From the sequence record PX136376.1: DNA of 44,388 bases, one strand, 5' to 3'. The notes under the pieces were generated by a model, which ran no database searches, was not told the DNA's origin, and saw only the letters and a program-made list of their open reading frames with translations. The stretch comes from a phage. Below, piece by piece: positions 34,957 to 42,994 of the stretch. Every line of letters starts with the position of its first letter. The first letter of the stretch is position 1. The translations under genes and the position numbers were made by a program.

Positions 34957-35172
34957 ATGCAACCATCTGAACTAGGCATCCGTGTAGAACAACGCCGCAA
35001 AGAACTCGGCATCTCCCAGCGCCGTTTGGCGGCCCTGACCGGCGTTTCCCAGGGCGCGATTAACCAACTGGCACTTGGAGTAACTCAGGACGTCCGCCCG
35101 GCAACGCTGTTCAAACTGGCGGAAGTTCTGGAAGTAGACGCCAAGTGGCTGGCGTTAGGTGAAGGGGCTTAA
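34957..35172 (+). CDS. XRE-family HTH transcriptional regulator (Cro/CI-like)
   Basis: 71 aa; classic HTH LGISQRRLAALTGVSQGAINQLALG; RBS aaggag; only rightward gene inside the leftward module. Confidence 0.8.
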   Translation: MQPSELGIRVEQRRKELGISQRRLAALTGVSQGAINQLALGVTQDVRPATLFKLAEVLEVDAKWLALGEGA

Positions 35173-35190
35173 AGCCCCTTTCTTTTTACC
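35162..35190 (+). terminator. rho-independent terminator
   Basis: AGGGGCTT-AAAGCCCCT hairpin followed by TTCTTTTT. Confidence 0.6.
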
Positions 35191-37448
35191 TATTCCAAAT
35201 CCTCCTCTGTCACCACCAGCATCTCATTTGGTTCGTATAGTGTCTTCGGCCTTAATCTATCCCCTATTCTTTCGGGTATACGATATGTTCTCGGTACTAC
35301 TTCGCCGTTAGCATCGCAACCAAGCATTAGTTCTCCATCTTTCAACATTTTATCAAGATGGGTGTTAGTCACAGAGAAGTCACCGGAACGAGCCACTATC
35401 TGCTGCTGAGTAAAACCGCGACCTGTGTCATCTGACTGTTGCAGGTCTTCCAGTGCCGAAAGTATTGACTCCTTCCTTACTTCATCCCTGCCGCGTTTAA
35501 CTTCTTCCTTTACTTTTTGCTTACCTTCTTTCGTCAACCCTTCTTCCCGCTCTTTCTCCTCGTCAGTTTTGAACGGCTCGAAACCCCACGGCATCAACAC
35601 AAGCGCCTTGTGTGGTTCAGGCAGGTCCAGGTTTACGATTGTGCCGTATTCCTCTGTGCTACCCAGGAACTCAACCGCTCGGTATTCTTTAGGCGGCGGC
35701 GCTTCACGGAACTGTACCGACTCCAGCACCATGCCAACCGTCTTCTGCTGAGGCCCGTGCTTGAATTTCGAGTGATATACGTTTATCTGACGGTCGGTTG
35801 CACGTTCGATTGTCAGTTCCACGTCAACACCCGCATACAGCGCCCCACTGCCGCGTGCTTTCTTTCCACCCTTCGGCGTATGGTGGACAACGCCTACTGC
35901 GGCTTTAGTTGCATCGCGTACTTCTTTCAGAATGGCGATAACTTTACCCATGCCGATTGCTGTTGATGAACTGTTCTCGTCGAACTTATCAATCGTCAGG
36001 GCCAGCGTCTGGTTAAGGGTGTCGAAGGCAACCATGCCAATAGGTTCATCCCCTGCGGTTTCGCGCATCCTGCGGATTAGAGCTGGAATTTTTTTATCAC
36101 CATGCGTAGCGAGTATTTCGCCCATATCGATGACATGTACATAATCTTTACCTTCCTCGCCATATTTAGCCGCGAGTGCATCAATACGTGTTCGTGTAGC
36201 TGCACCACCCTCGCCGTCAATATAGAAATGGTGGCAACGTTGGGTGTCAGCCCCCGCAAACCGGTACCCGGCGGCGCTCAGGTACATCATCCCCAGCGTA
36301 TAGAATGATTTGTACGTGCCGGATTCCCCGACAATATCCCAGATACAATCCGACGGCATGTACCCCTCAACGACGAAATCAGCCTTTACCGGTTCTGGTA
36401 ACTCGTCCTCCTCTGAGTCCTCGTCGTCTTCCAGGTCGTCGAGGCTGCATGAGACAGATTCACGCGCCCCCCAACCGATGGCCTCTGCGACTTCACTGAA
36501 CGGCAGCCCGGTCGCATCGCACGCGTACTTCCACACCTCTTTCGGTGACAGGCCTTCTGTCGCCGTAATGTCTGTGTCGTGAATCATGGTTACGTTTGGC
36601 GCTTCATACCCCTCGCGCGGGAAGCACAGCAGGAAGTCGTCCGGGCGCGGTGTCGGGTCGCTGTAGTTTTCGGCATGTTCCGGTGTGGCTGGCATCTTAA
36701 GGCCGCGCGGCGTCATGACGCCGCCGTACTCAAACGCCAGTGCTTCAAACGCGTCTGTAAACGCGGTGCGCAGTTCTTCCGGTATCTGGTAATCCGATGC
36801 GCTGCTAACGTCAACGGCTGGGATGCCTTCCAGTAACTCGTTCGGGTCGATCAGGTCGTTGCGGCGCGACCAGATAACGGTAGCGCCGACCGGCGGCAGG
36901 TACATCGGCTGCGACAGAGTGAACCCGCTGCGGTCCGCACCCATGCCTTTGAAGAAGTGCTCCAGCAACCCATGACGAACACGGATGATGTCACCACCCT
37001 CCACCGGACGGGCCAGTGGCATTACGACGCGAAAGCGCGGTGACTCATCAGTATGTGATGCCGTGGTATAGAGGCACATGGCCCAGCGGCTGCGCTTAAC
37101 CAGGCGCACCGCTTCCTGATACTCTTCCGGTGTTGTGCTGTCGAAATCCAGATAGGCCAGCGACGATTTGCTTACAGACGCATCGCAGCGGTAGAAAAAA
37201 CCTTTACGCGCTTGCTTAAAGTCTCCAGTTTCCGGGTCTTTTACGGTGCTGTGCGTTGAGTCGCACGCGGCGGTGATATAACCGGGCGCGGTCTTAGGGT
37301 TAATCCCGTCGCGAACGGCATCGAGCGGCTGGATTAACTCTTTCAGGTCGTCCAGTGTTGCCGTGTGTGCGGTTCTGACATTTATATCCTTTTTTCCCGC
37401 CCGCGCGTTGCGGCGTGACCACGAGTAGGATAAAATTACATCGGACAT
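35190..37448 (-). CDS. putative replicative primase-helicase
   Basis: 752 aa; Walker A GESGTYKS in C-terminal RecA-fold region; large N-terminal domain of primase-like size; function inferred. Confidence 0.6.
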   Translation of the reverse strand: MSDVILSYSWSRRNARAGKKDINVRTAHTATLDDLKELIQPLDAVRDGINPKTAPGYITAACDSTHSTVKDPETGDFKQARKGFFYRCDASVSKSSLAYLDFDSTTPEEYQEAVRLVKRSRWAMCLYTTASHTDESPRFRVVMPLARPVEGGDIIRVRHGLLEHFFKGMGADRSGFTLSQPMYLPPVGATVIWSRRNDLIDPNELLEGIPAVDVSSASDYQIPEELRTAFTDAFEALAFEYGGVMTPRGLKMPATPEHAENYSDPTPRPDDFLLCFPREGYEAPNVTMIHDTDITATEGLSPKEVWKYACDATGLPFSEVAEAIGWGARESVSCSLDDLEDDEDSEEDELPEPVKADFVVEGYMPSDCIWDIVGESGTYKSFYTLGMMYLSAAGYRFAGADTQRCHHFYIDGEGGAATRTRIDALAAKYGEEGKDYVHVIDMGEILATHGDKKIPALIRRMRETAGDEPIGMVAFDTLNQTLALTIDKFDENSSSTAIGMGKVIAILKEVRDATKAAVGVVHHTPKGGKKARGSGALYAGVDVELTIERATDRQINVYHSKFKHGPQQKTVGMVLESVQFREAPPPKEYRAVEFLGSTEEYGTIVNLDLPEPHKALVLMPWGFEPFKTDEEKEREEGLTKEGKQKVKEEVKRGRDEVRKESILSALEDLQQSDDTGRGFTQQQIVARSGDFSVTNTHLDKMLKDGELMLGCDANGEVVPRTYRIPERIGDRLRPKTLYEPNEMLVVTEEDLE

Positions 37449-37505
37449 GTTGTATTTCCTTCAGCAAGTAATTTGGCCTCGGCGCTCTAACGCTGGGGCT
37501 TTCTT

Positions 37506-37739
37506 TTATTCCAGGTCTTCTAAAGTGGCTGTCACCCCACGAACTTCGGCAACAGCACTATATCTCCCGCCAACATTTTTCACGACACCAGATTTAACCA
37601 GCACCTTCAACGACCCTTCAATGATGGCGGAACTATAGTACCTAAAATAACTGCGGCGCAAGTCCATAACGCTGCACGACCCTTTTTTACGTGTTACCGA
37701 AACAACCGCCGTAAATACGCGTGACTGGAACTCGGTCAT
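37506..37739 (-). CDS. hypothetical protein (77 aa)
   Basis: start overlaps stop of upstream HTH gene (ATGA). Confidence 0.45.
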   Translation of the reverse strand: MTEFQSRVFTAVVSVTRKKGSCSVMDLRRSYFRYYSSAIIEGSLKVLVKSGVVKNVGGRYSAVAEVRGVTATLEDLE

Positions 37740-37906
37740 TTTACATTCTCCTTAATCCACGCTTCTACTTTCTCCGGGTCGAACGTACCTGGCTGGCGAC
37801 GGCCCATAATGCGAACACAACAATCCGGGAACTTACCGCTCTTTAACCAGTTATTCAGCGTGCGGCGGGTAACCCCGATACGCTCAGCTACTTCATTCTG
37901 TGTCAT
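37736..37906 (-). CDS. small HTH DNA-binding protein (AlpA/Xis-like fold, 56 aa)
   Basis: VAERIGVTRRTLNNWLKSGKFP helix-turn-helix; RBS gaggg 9 nt upstream; below ORF-track cutoff. Confidence 0.5.
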   Translation of the reverse strand: MTQNEVAERIGVTRRTLNNWLKSGKFPDCCVRIMGRRQPGTFDPEKVEAWIKENVK

Positions 37907-37938
37907 TCTAAAGCCCTCATTATCAGTTAACGAAACCG

Positions 37939-37967
37939 AGTATACATTGCGAATAATGGGAAATCAA
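37939..37967 (-). promoter_or_regulatory. putative sigma70-like promoter for leftward operon
   Basis: minus-strand TTGATT-N17-TATACT ~30 nt upstream of small HTH gene. Confidence 0.4.
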
Positions 37968-38337
37968 ACATAATTGCACCTATTGACATTATGAAAATCT
38001 TCGTTTAAGATGCTTCTATATCTTAGTTACTTTGATTCCTGTTCACCTTGTAAGAATGTTTAACCCGTGCGTCAAGCAAAGGGTTAAACACAGGCTTACT
38101 GAACATGAGAATTATCGTAACTTTCCTTCCTAAGTATCTCCGGTTGCCCTGGGCAAGCTCTATTCTCATCGGCGGCATATCTCTTAAGTATCTGATTTTC
38201 TTAATGTGCCGTAGATTCGCAACCGTAAAAATGTAACGATTATTGGGCAGGCTTAGGGCCTGCCCTTTAGTTACCAAGTAATAAGAATAAAGGCACAACC
38301 CTACCTGAAGAATCACAACGGCAACGTAACTAATCTC

Positions 38338-38368
38338 TTGCACACCCCAATATAATAGGATACTATTC
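38338..38368 (+). promoter_or_regulatory. conserved promoter/operator element, class 1 copy 4 (rightward)
   Basis: TTGCAC-N17-TACTAT with palindrome TAATAG-gata-CTATTC; 30 nt upstream of RBS gaggag and gene at 38401. Confidence 0.5.
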
Positions 38369-38400
38369 ACTTATTGAAACAAGACAGAGGAGTGATGGTT

Positions 38401-38586
38401 ATGTTTAAGAAGGGTCAGTTGGTGAGAACGAGATATTCTGGTTACTACGGAGTTATTAAGCGCGTTTCAGATAAAGTTAACGGGTTGTATTACGTTACTA
38501 ATACTGATCGGGCTCTCGGTCTATGGTACAGAGAACGCGAGCTAATACTCATCGGCAACAATTTTAAATTAAAAGGGGCGAAGTGA
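38401..38586 (+). CDS. hypothetical early protein (61 aa)
   Basis: RBS agaggag 8 nt before ATG. Confidence 0.5.
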   Translation: MFKKGQLVRTRYSGYYGVIKRVSDKVNGLYYVTNTDRALGLWYRERELILIGNNFKLKGAK

Positions 38587-38801
38587 TGGAAGAATTAATT
38601 TGTATTGAATCCCGCCAGGATGTGCAGGATTGGTTTGTGAAAGGTAACAAATATTCGTCGGGAGTATATTACGACGGCCGTCGATACGTTTTAGATGAAG
38701 ACGGTGATGAATGGGATTTAGAGGACACTGTGGGTGAGACTTTAACCGTTAGTTTTCTTCAATGTTGTTTCCGCATCATTCACAACGGCATCGAATCATG
38801 A
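38586..38801 (+). CDS. hypothetical early protein (71 aa, acidic)
   Basis: TGATG stop-start overlap; RBS aagggg. Confidence 0.45.
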   Translation: MEELICIESRQDVQDWFVKGNKYSSGVYYDGRRYVLDEDGDEWDLEDTVGETLTVSFLQCCFRIIHNGIES

Positions 38802-38901
38802 TGCTCGTGCCGACGACTCTGAGGGAGGTTGCCGTGAATAATTACCCGTTTATTTTAATTGTCAGCGCTGTTTATGAGGCGCACGCGTTGTGGGGGTTGG
38901 T

Positions 38902-39096
38902 ATGAGTCCGTATAACCGGTTTCGTCTGGAGCGTCTACGTCACGGATTAAGTAACGCTAAATTAGCTCTCGATATATGGGAAAGTACGCCGTATTTTTCC
39001 TCGAAGGCATGGTTTGTCGCTCGCGCTACAGCGTCCGTTCAGTACCGGGAATACAAGTTAAACAGTTTCCTTAAACACCATGGGGCTAAGTTATGA
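38902..39096 (+). CDS. hypothetical protein (64 aa)
   Basis: ATG at 38902 within ORF opening at 38890. Confidence 0.4.
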   Translation: MSPYNRFRLERLRHGLSNAKLALDIWESTPYFSSKAWFVARATASVQYREYKLNSFLKHHGAKL

Positions 39097-39254
39097 GAGA
39101 AGCATTCGAACGGTGGGCCGTCGTCGATGGTCTGCCGGTTAATAAGGGTTCGAAGAAAGAGTACCTGAACGTTAAGACGCGTCTTGCGTGGCGGGCGTGG
39201 AAAGCTGGTGCGCAATATCGGGCCGGTGTAACAGGCGGTGTAACAGGTCAATAG
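39093..39254 (+). CDS. hypothetical protein (53 aa)
   Basis: ATGA overlap with upstream gene; below ORF-track cutoff. Confidence 0.35.
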   Translation: MREAFERWAVVDGLPVNKGSKKEYLNVKTRLAWRAWKAGAQYRAGVTGGVTGQ

Positions 39255-39276
39255 GTTACTATTTGTCTTTGTGTCT

Positions 39277-39386
39277 TACGCTGCTACACAGCAGCGTACA
39301 ACTTTAACTTAGTGTCGTCAAAAGGCGACACTTCCATAAGACACTGTTGGGGCAGGGATAAAGTGTCCCCAGTTAGCGACACTAAG
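39277..39386. repeat. structured intergenic region: perfect 8-bp hairpin plus cluster of 7-mer CGACACT/AGTGTCG copies
   Basis: TACGCTGC-tacaca-GCAGCGTA (39277-39298); 10-bp inverted repeat CTTAGTGTCG...CGACACTAAG (39308-39317 / 39377-39386) enclosing further GACACT/AGTGTC copies. Confidence 0.8.
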
Positions 39387-39402
39387 CACCAATAAAATTT
39401 AC

Positions 39403-39431
39403 TTGCACACTAGGATAGAATAGACTACTAT
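39403..39431 (+). promoter_or_regulatory. class 1-like promoter (diverged copy 5)
   Basis: TTGCAC-N17-TACTAT; operator-like AATAG-acta-CTATTC; 30 nt upstream of gene at 39463. Confidence 0.45.
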
Positions 39432-39462
39432 TCATTTACACGAACGAGAGGAGATACGGAAG

Positions 39463-39612
39463 ATGGTTACTTTGATGGTTATGGAATTCGAAAACAGCGC
39501 AGCAACTTACCGTGAGATGACTATGGCGCAGGCGTATCACCTGGCCTCAAACGGCAACTTCTACAAGGCGCAAATCATCAACGAGTTTGGGGTAATTGAC
39601 TATGAATTTTAG
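39463..39612 (+). CDS. hypothetical protein (49 aa)
   Basis: RBS gagaggag; below ORF-track cutoff. Confidence 0.4.
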   Translation: MVTLMVMEFENSAATYREMTMAQAYHLASNGNFYKAQIINEFGVIDYEF

Positions 39613-39874
39613 CAGCTACACCGTTACCGTTGATTTTGAGGGGCTGGAGTTGCCCCTCCCCAACAACTACAGATATGTCACGCGCGACCGTAACGGGTTT
39701 ATCCAGGGGTGGCGGAACAAACCGACAGATACTGAGTTCGGGATGTCGGGCGGCGAAGAGTTGCCTATCACTTTCGGGCATCAGAGTAGCAGCGAAGAGC
39801 TTAAAACTGTGATTCGTAAGTATCGCCGCCGCGGTAACACTGGGCTTATAGCAATAACAGGTGCTGTTGAATAA
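39602..39874 (+). CDS. hypothetical protein (90 aa)
   Basis: ATG at 39602; overlaps upstream ORF by 11 nt. Confidence 0.45.
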   Translation: MNFSSYTVTVDFEGLELPLPNNYRYVTRDRNGFIQGWRNKPTDTEFGMSGGEELPITFGHQSSSEELKTVIRKYRRRGNTGLIAITGAVE

Positions 39875-39903
39875 GCGAGAGGAGAGACAAAGGTGAAAGA
39901 GCT

Positions 39904-40107
39904 ATGACCAGCATCTTATTTATCTGGGTATTGTCCGCAGGCCAGATGCAACTCGCAGCATCGGAAACGTTTTACTCGATGGAGGCGTGCCAGTCAGCGG
40001 CACGCGCTGCAGAGAACGCGCACTTTCTGTTTCAGGGCGACAAGCCCAACGATTCAGAGGTACGCGCTATCTGCTCACCTAAGCGACTTGGTAAACAGGA
40101 GAAGTGA
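39904..40107 (+). CDS. small secreted/membrane-anchored protein (67 aa)
   Basis: N-terminal hydrophobic segment ILFIWVLSAGQMQLAA. Confidence 0.45.
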   Translation: MTSILFIWVLSAGQMQLAASETFYSMEACQSAARAAENAHFLFQGDKPNDSEVRAICSPKRLGKQEK

Positions 40108-40109
40108 TT

Positions 40110-40301
40110 ATGGTACGGTTATATGAAGCACGAGGGGCTGAATTAGGGGGCGACGCATTCTACGAAGATTGGGTTGAGGTTGTTCGGTATGAAGATTACG
40201 CGAAACTTGAAGCTGAGTTACAGAAATACAAAGACCAGTACCCTGATTACGTCGAGTGCGCGAACTGCGGGTCGGTTACACATGTGGAAGGGGTGGAGTA
40301 A
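40110..40301 (+). CDS. hypothetical protein, paralog A (63 aa)
   Basis: RBS aggag 8 nt before ATG; shares YEDYAKLEAELQKY-type motif with next gene. Confidence 0.45.
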   Translation: MVRLYEARGAELGGDAFYEDWVEVVRYEDYAKLEAELQKYKDQYPDYVECANCGSVTHVEGVE

Positions 40302-40495
40302 TGGTGCAGAGATATGAGGTAAAAGCGTGGGGCCTGCCAGAGCCTGAGATGGCTGAGTACGCATACGGCGATTATGTAGAATATGACGCTTATCTGAAAC
40401 TTGAAGCAAAGTTACGTGAATTCGCTAAGCAGGTGCTAGATAGCCCGTGTGACTGGAAGACAAATGAATTAGCGCGCGAGATTCTTGGAATATGA
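40301..40495 (+). CDS. hypothetical protein, paralog B (64 aa)
   Basis: TAATG overlap; YDAYLKLEAKLREF motif paralogous to previous gene. Confidence 0.45.
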   Translation: MVQRYEVKAWGLPEPEMAEYAYGDYVEYDAYLKLEAKLREFAKQVLDSPCDWKTNELAREILGI

Positions 40496-40785
40496 GCCTT
40501 GCAACTGACATCCTGAAACGAAGCGGCCTTGCGCCGCTGTCACCGAGAGCGAAGACACGTATACACAAGCGTCGCCGTAACGTGCTGTACCCAGAGATAC
40601 AAGAACGGCGTAAAGCTATCCGCGCCTGTGGATTCCAGAACGGAAAGGCCGTGAATCTAGGAGAGTTTAAAACAAAGGAACGCGCAGCTATCGCGAACCG
40701 GCTATTTAATTACTGGAAATCGCTGGGGTACGATGATATTCCGACGAAACCACAGAGACGACAATACATCTGGAGACATAAATGA
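40492..40785 (+). CDS. basic hypothetical protein (97 aa)
   Basis: Lys/Arg-rich; ATGA overlaps both neighbours. Confidence 0.45.
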   Translation: MSLATDILKRSGLAPLSPRAKTRIHKRRRNVLYPEIQERRKAIRACGFQNGKAVNLGEFKTKERAAIANRLFNYWKSLGYDDIPTKPQRRQYIWRHK

Positions 40786-41222
40786 CTACTATCGCGTTTG
40801 ACGGAAAGACAATGGCCTGTGATACCCGTGTTGTGTGCGGGAGTAACTGTTACAACACAGACACAAAGATATACGAGAACGAATTTGTTGTTATTGGGGC
40901 GGCTGGCGATGCGGGGGTTGGTATCCTTTTAGTGGAGGACGATAGTATTTTAGTGCCTAAGCACTACGATTTTGATTTCTCTGCCTTGGTGTGGGTTAAA
41001 GACATCGAAACGTTGTGTAGGGTGGAGTTCTATAAATCTTGGGATTGTGCTCTTAGTTTGGTTATTCAGATTGCGGACAGCTTTTCCGCCGTTGGTTCAG
41101 GCGCCCCTTATGCCCTAGCGGCTATGGAATGTGGGTATTCGGCGCAAGGTGGTGTAGCAGTTGCATCGAAGTTCGACCCTGACACCGGCGGCAAGATTAT
41201 TACCAAACAACTATTAGGATAA
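40782..41222 (+). CDS. HslV-like Ntn-hydrolase peptidase (proteasome beta-subunit fold)
   Basis: N-terminal MTTIAFDG (Thr2 nucleophile position), VIGAAGDAGVG and AVGSGAPYALAA align with E. coli HslV MTTIVSV, IAGFAGGTAD, IAIGSGGPYAQAA (recalled); 146 aa. Confidence 0.65.
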   Translation: MTTIAFDGKTMACDTRVVCGSNCYNTDTKIYENEFVVIGAAGDAGVGILLVEDDSILVPKHYDFDFSALVWVKDIETLCRVEFYKSWDCALSLVIQIADSFSAVGSGAPYALAAMECGYSAQGGVAVASKFDPDTGGKIITKQLLG

Positions 41223-41236
41223 TTCCTACCCGTGGT

Positions 41237-41276
41237 ATCCTCCAGTTACTGCATACTTAATACGCACCTGGAGGAT
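41237..41276 (+). promoter_or_regulatory. inverted repeat able to sequester the holin RBS
   Basis: ATCCTCCAG (41237-41245) is exact reverse complement of CTGGAGGAT (41268-41276), which contains the GGAGGA Shine-Dalgarno of the holin gene. Confidence 0.4.
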
Positions 41277-41281
41277 TCATC

Positions 41282-41590
41282 TTGGATAAATTTACTGAAA
41301 CTGTGACGGGGTGGCTTCTCGCTGCCGCACTAGCCGGAGGGGTAATCGGACTAAGGCAACATAAGTCCGCTATTTCCGGCCCTATCGACGGCTTCTGCTT
41401 TATTGCAACTGGCTTCACTTGCGCCGTATTTGGCGCACCTCTCGCAGCTCAATGGTTTGGAATCACGGGCGACCGTGAAATCGCAGGCCTGGGCTTCATC
41501 ATTGCCATTCTCTGGATGCCTATCTATTCCCGCCTTTCTGGCATCGTATCGGGCGGCGATATTGCCCGCCCAGGAGGACCACATGACTGA
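41282..41590 (+). CDS. holin (three predicted TM helices)
   Basis: 102 aa; TM segments WLLAAALAGGVIGL, FCFIATGFTCAVFGAPLAA, IAGLGFIIAILWMPIY; TTG start inferred 6 nt after GGAGGA. Confidence 0.6.
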   Translation: MDKFTETVTGWLLAAALAGGVIGLRQHKSAISGPIDGFCFIATGFTCAVFGAPLAAQWFGITGDREIAGLGFIIAILWMPIYSRLSGIVSGGDIARPGGPHD

Positions 41591-41855
41591 GCTATTCTGG
41601 TTTGCCGTAATGCTGGCAATCGGTGGCACATCGCTGTTTAATGTATACCACCCCAGTGTTGACGATGGGTTATTTGGTCGGGTGCTCTACATCCTGACTG
41701 CTATTGTCTGCGCCGCAGGATGTATCCACCTGTTACCGGGCAGCATGTCTCCGACGCTGCCTGAGACATTAATCACATTAGTTGCGCTGCGCCAGATTCG
41801 TCAGGCGTGGCTGTCATACGGAGGACATAAGCGTGTCTCGAAACATTTCAGATAA
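41583..41855 (+). CDS. second lysis-associated membrane protein (two TM helices; holin/antiholin-like)
   Basis: ATG 41583 preceded by AGGAGG; TM segments LFWFAVMLAIGGTSLF and VLYILTAIVCAAGCIHLL; overlaps endolysin start. Confidence 0.5.
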   Translation: MTELFWFAVMLAIGGTSLFNVYHPSVDDGLFGRVLYILTAIVCAAGCIHLLPGSMSPTLPETLITLVALRQIRQAWLSYGGHKRVSKHFR

Positions 41856-42321
41856 TGGATTGCATTTTACCGCTGCATTCGAGGGGTTCCGTGGAACTGC
41901 GTATCGTGCTACGCCGAACGAGAAGTACCTTACTATTGGCTACGGAAGCTACGGCCCTCATGTGTATGAAGGGCAGAAGATTACGAAGGGTCAGGGACTC
42001 CTGTTACTGAATCGTGATATGGCTAAGGCCGTAGCTGCGGTTGACGCAGCGGCACACCACTCCCTGACACAGGCACAGTTCGATGCAGTGTGCGACCTGG
42101 TCTATAACGCTGGTGCTGGTGTGATTGCCGCTGCCACCGGTACGGGTAAGGCACTGCGTTCCGGTGATGTTGCGACGCTGCGGGCTAAGCTGGCGTTGTT
42201 CATCAACCAGAACGGCAAACCATTACTCGGCCTGCGCCGCCGTACAGCTGGTCGTCTGGCGCTGTTCGACGGTAAACCGTGGCAGGAGGCAGAGGCTATC
42301 GGGCGCGCGGTGAAAGGTTGA
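41833..42321 (+). CDS. endolysin (T4-lysozyme/GH24-like)
   Basis: FEGFRGTAYRATPNEKYLTIGYG matches the phage lysozyme signature; GTG start 8 nt after GGAGG. Confidence 0.8.
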   Translation: MSRNISDNGLHFTAAFEGFRGTAYRATPNEKYLTIGYGSYGPHVYEGQKITKGQGLLLLNRDMAKAVAAVDAAAHHSLTQAQFDAVCDLVYNAGAGVIAAATGTGKALRSGDVATLRAKLALFINQNGKPLLGLRRRTAGRLALFDGKPWQEAEAIGRAVKG

Positions 42322-42385
42322 CACTTAGGACTAATCAGACGATACTTAAGTCACCTCCTGTTCCATCCCTCTGCTCTCCAGTTTT

Positions 42386-42417
42386 ATCCCGGCCCTGACC
42401 CAGCCGGGATTTTTTTA
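42386..42417 (+). terminator. rho-independent terminator after lysis cassette
   Basis: ATCCCGGC-cctgaccca-GCCGGGAT followed by TTTTTTT. Confidence 0.7.
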
Positions 42418-42438
42418 TCTATTTTCTGCGATGACTAG

Positions 42439-42467
42439 TTGACTATTATCTATGACCATATTATATT
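42439..42467 (+). promoter_or_regulatory. putative sigma70-like promoter (related to rightward reading of class 1 element)
   Basis: TTGACT-N17-TATATT; spacer resembles class 1 spacer; upstream of gene at 42502. Confidence 0.4.
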
Positions 42468-42501
42468 TACTCCATCGACAACGAGAACGGAGTAGAGAGA
42501 A

Positions 42502-42690
42502 ATGATGACTAAGATTAAGCATACCGATAACTGGGGCGATTCCATGGAGATAGATAAGCTCCGGGACGGGACATTACTTATAACTTGTACTGACGTAGAT
42601 AGCGGCGAATTGGTTAGTGTTAACGTGAGTATGGATGATTTTATGATTATTGTTGGGCAAGTGGCAGCTTTTTACGGAGATGATAGATGA
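42502..42690 (+). CDS. hypothetical protein (62 aa)
   Basis: ATG with RBS-like gagagaa. Confidence 0.45.
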   Translation: MMTKIKHTDNWGDSMEIDKLRDGTLLITCTDVDSGELVSVNVSMDDFMIIVGQVAAFYGDDR

Positions 42691-42836
42691 AAATCACGGA
42701 TATCGATGCATTCGAAGACGCACAACTGATGGCACGTATCGCCGTTAGTAACCTGAGCGGCAATATCCCGGCGGATGCGTTCTGGTCCGCTGCGATGCAG
42801 GCACTGAAAGCAGCTTATGCAGGAGGGGAGAAATGA
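42687..42836 (+). CDS. hypothetical protein (49 aa)
   Basis: ATGA overlap; below ORF-track cutoff. Confidence 0.35.
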   Translation: MKITDIDAFEDAQLMARIAVSNLSGNIPADAFWSAAMQALKAAYAGGEK

Positions 42837-42994
42837 GCGAACAAGGTCAAGTAAGCCAACCGTTACGAGTAGGCCGTAAAGTCAACCACACCCCGTTCCC
42901 GACACGCGAGGAACTTATGAAACGCAGCAGTTTCCCGGGGCCGGACAAGAACAAGTATCTCAATCGCATGTGGGGAGAGCGTAAAAATGACTGA
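42833..42994 (+). CDS. hypothetical protein (53 aa)
   Basis: ATGA overlap; RBS aggagggg upstream. Confidence 0.35.
   Translation: MSEQGQVSQPLRVGRKVNHTPFPTREELMKRSSFPGPDKNKYLNRMWGERKND

Noticed and set aside
34957-35172. Lysogeny module (CI repressor plus integrase)
   Set aside because: An XRE-type HTH gene exists, but no integrase, recombinase, excisionase-integrase pair or attachment-site-like sequence was seen; the HTH protein is interpreted as a lytic-cycle regulator.
38023-38370. 115-aa minus-strand ORF in the switch region
   Set aside because: Its only in-frame start (GTG at 38370) lies inside the conserved promoter/operator element and the N-terminus would be translated from the motif; at most a short 3' portion (ATG at 38178, poor RBS) might be real.
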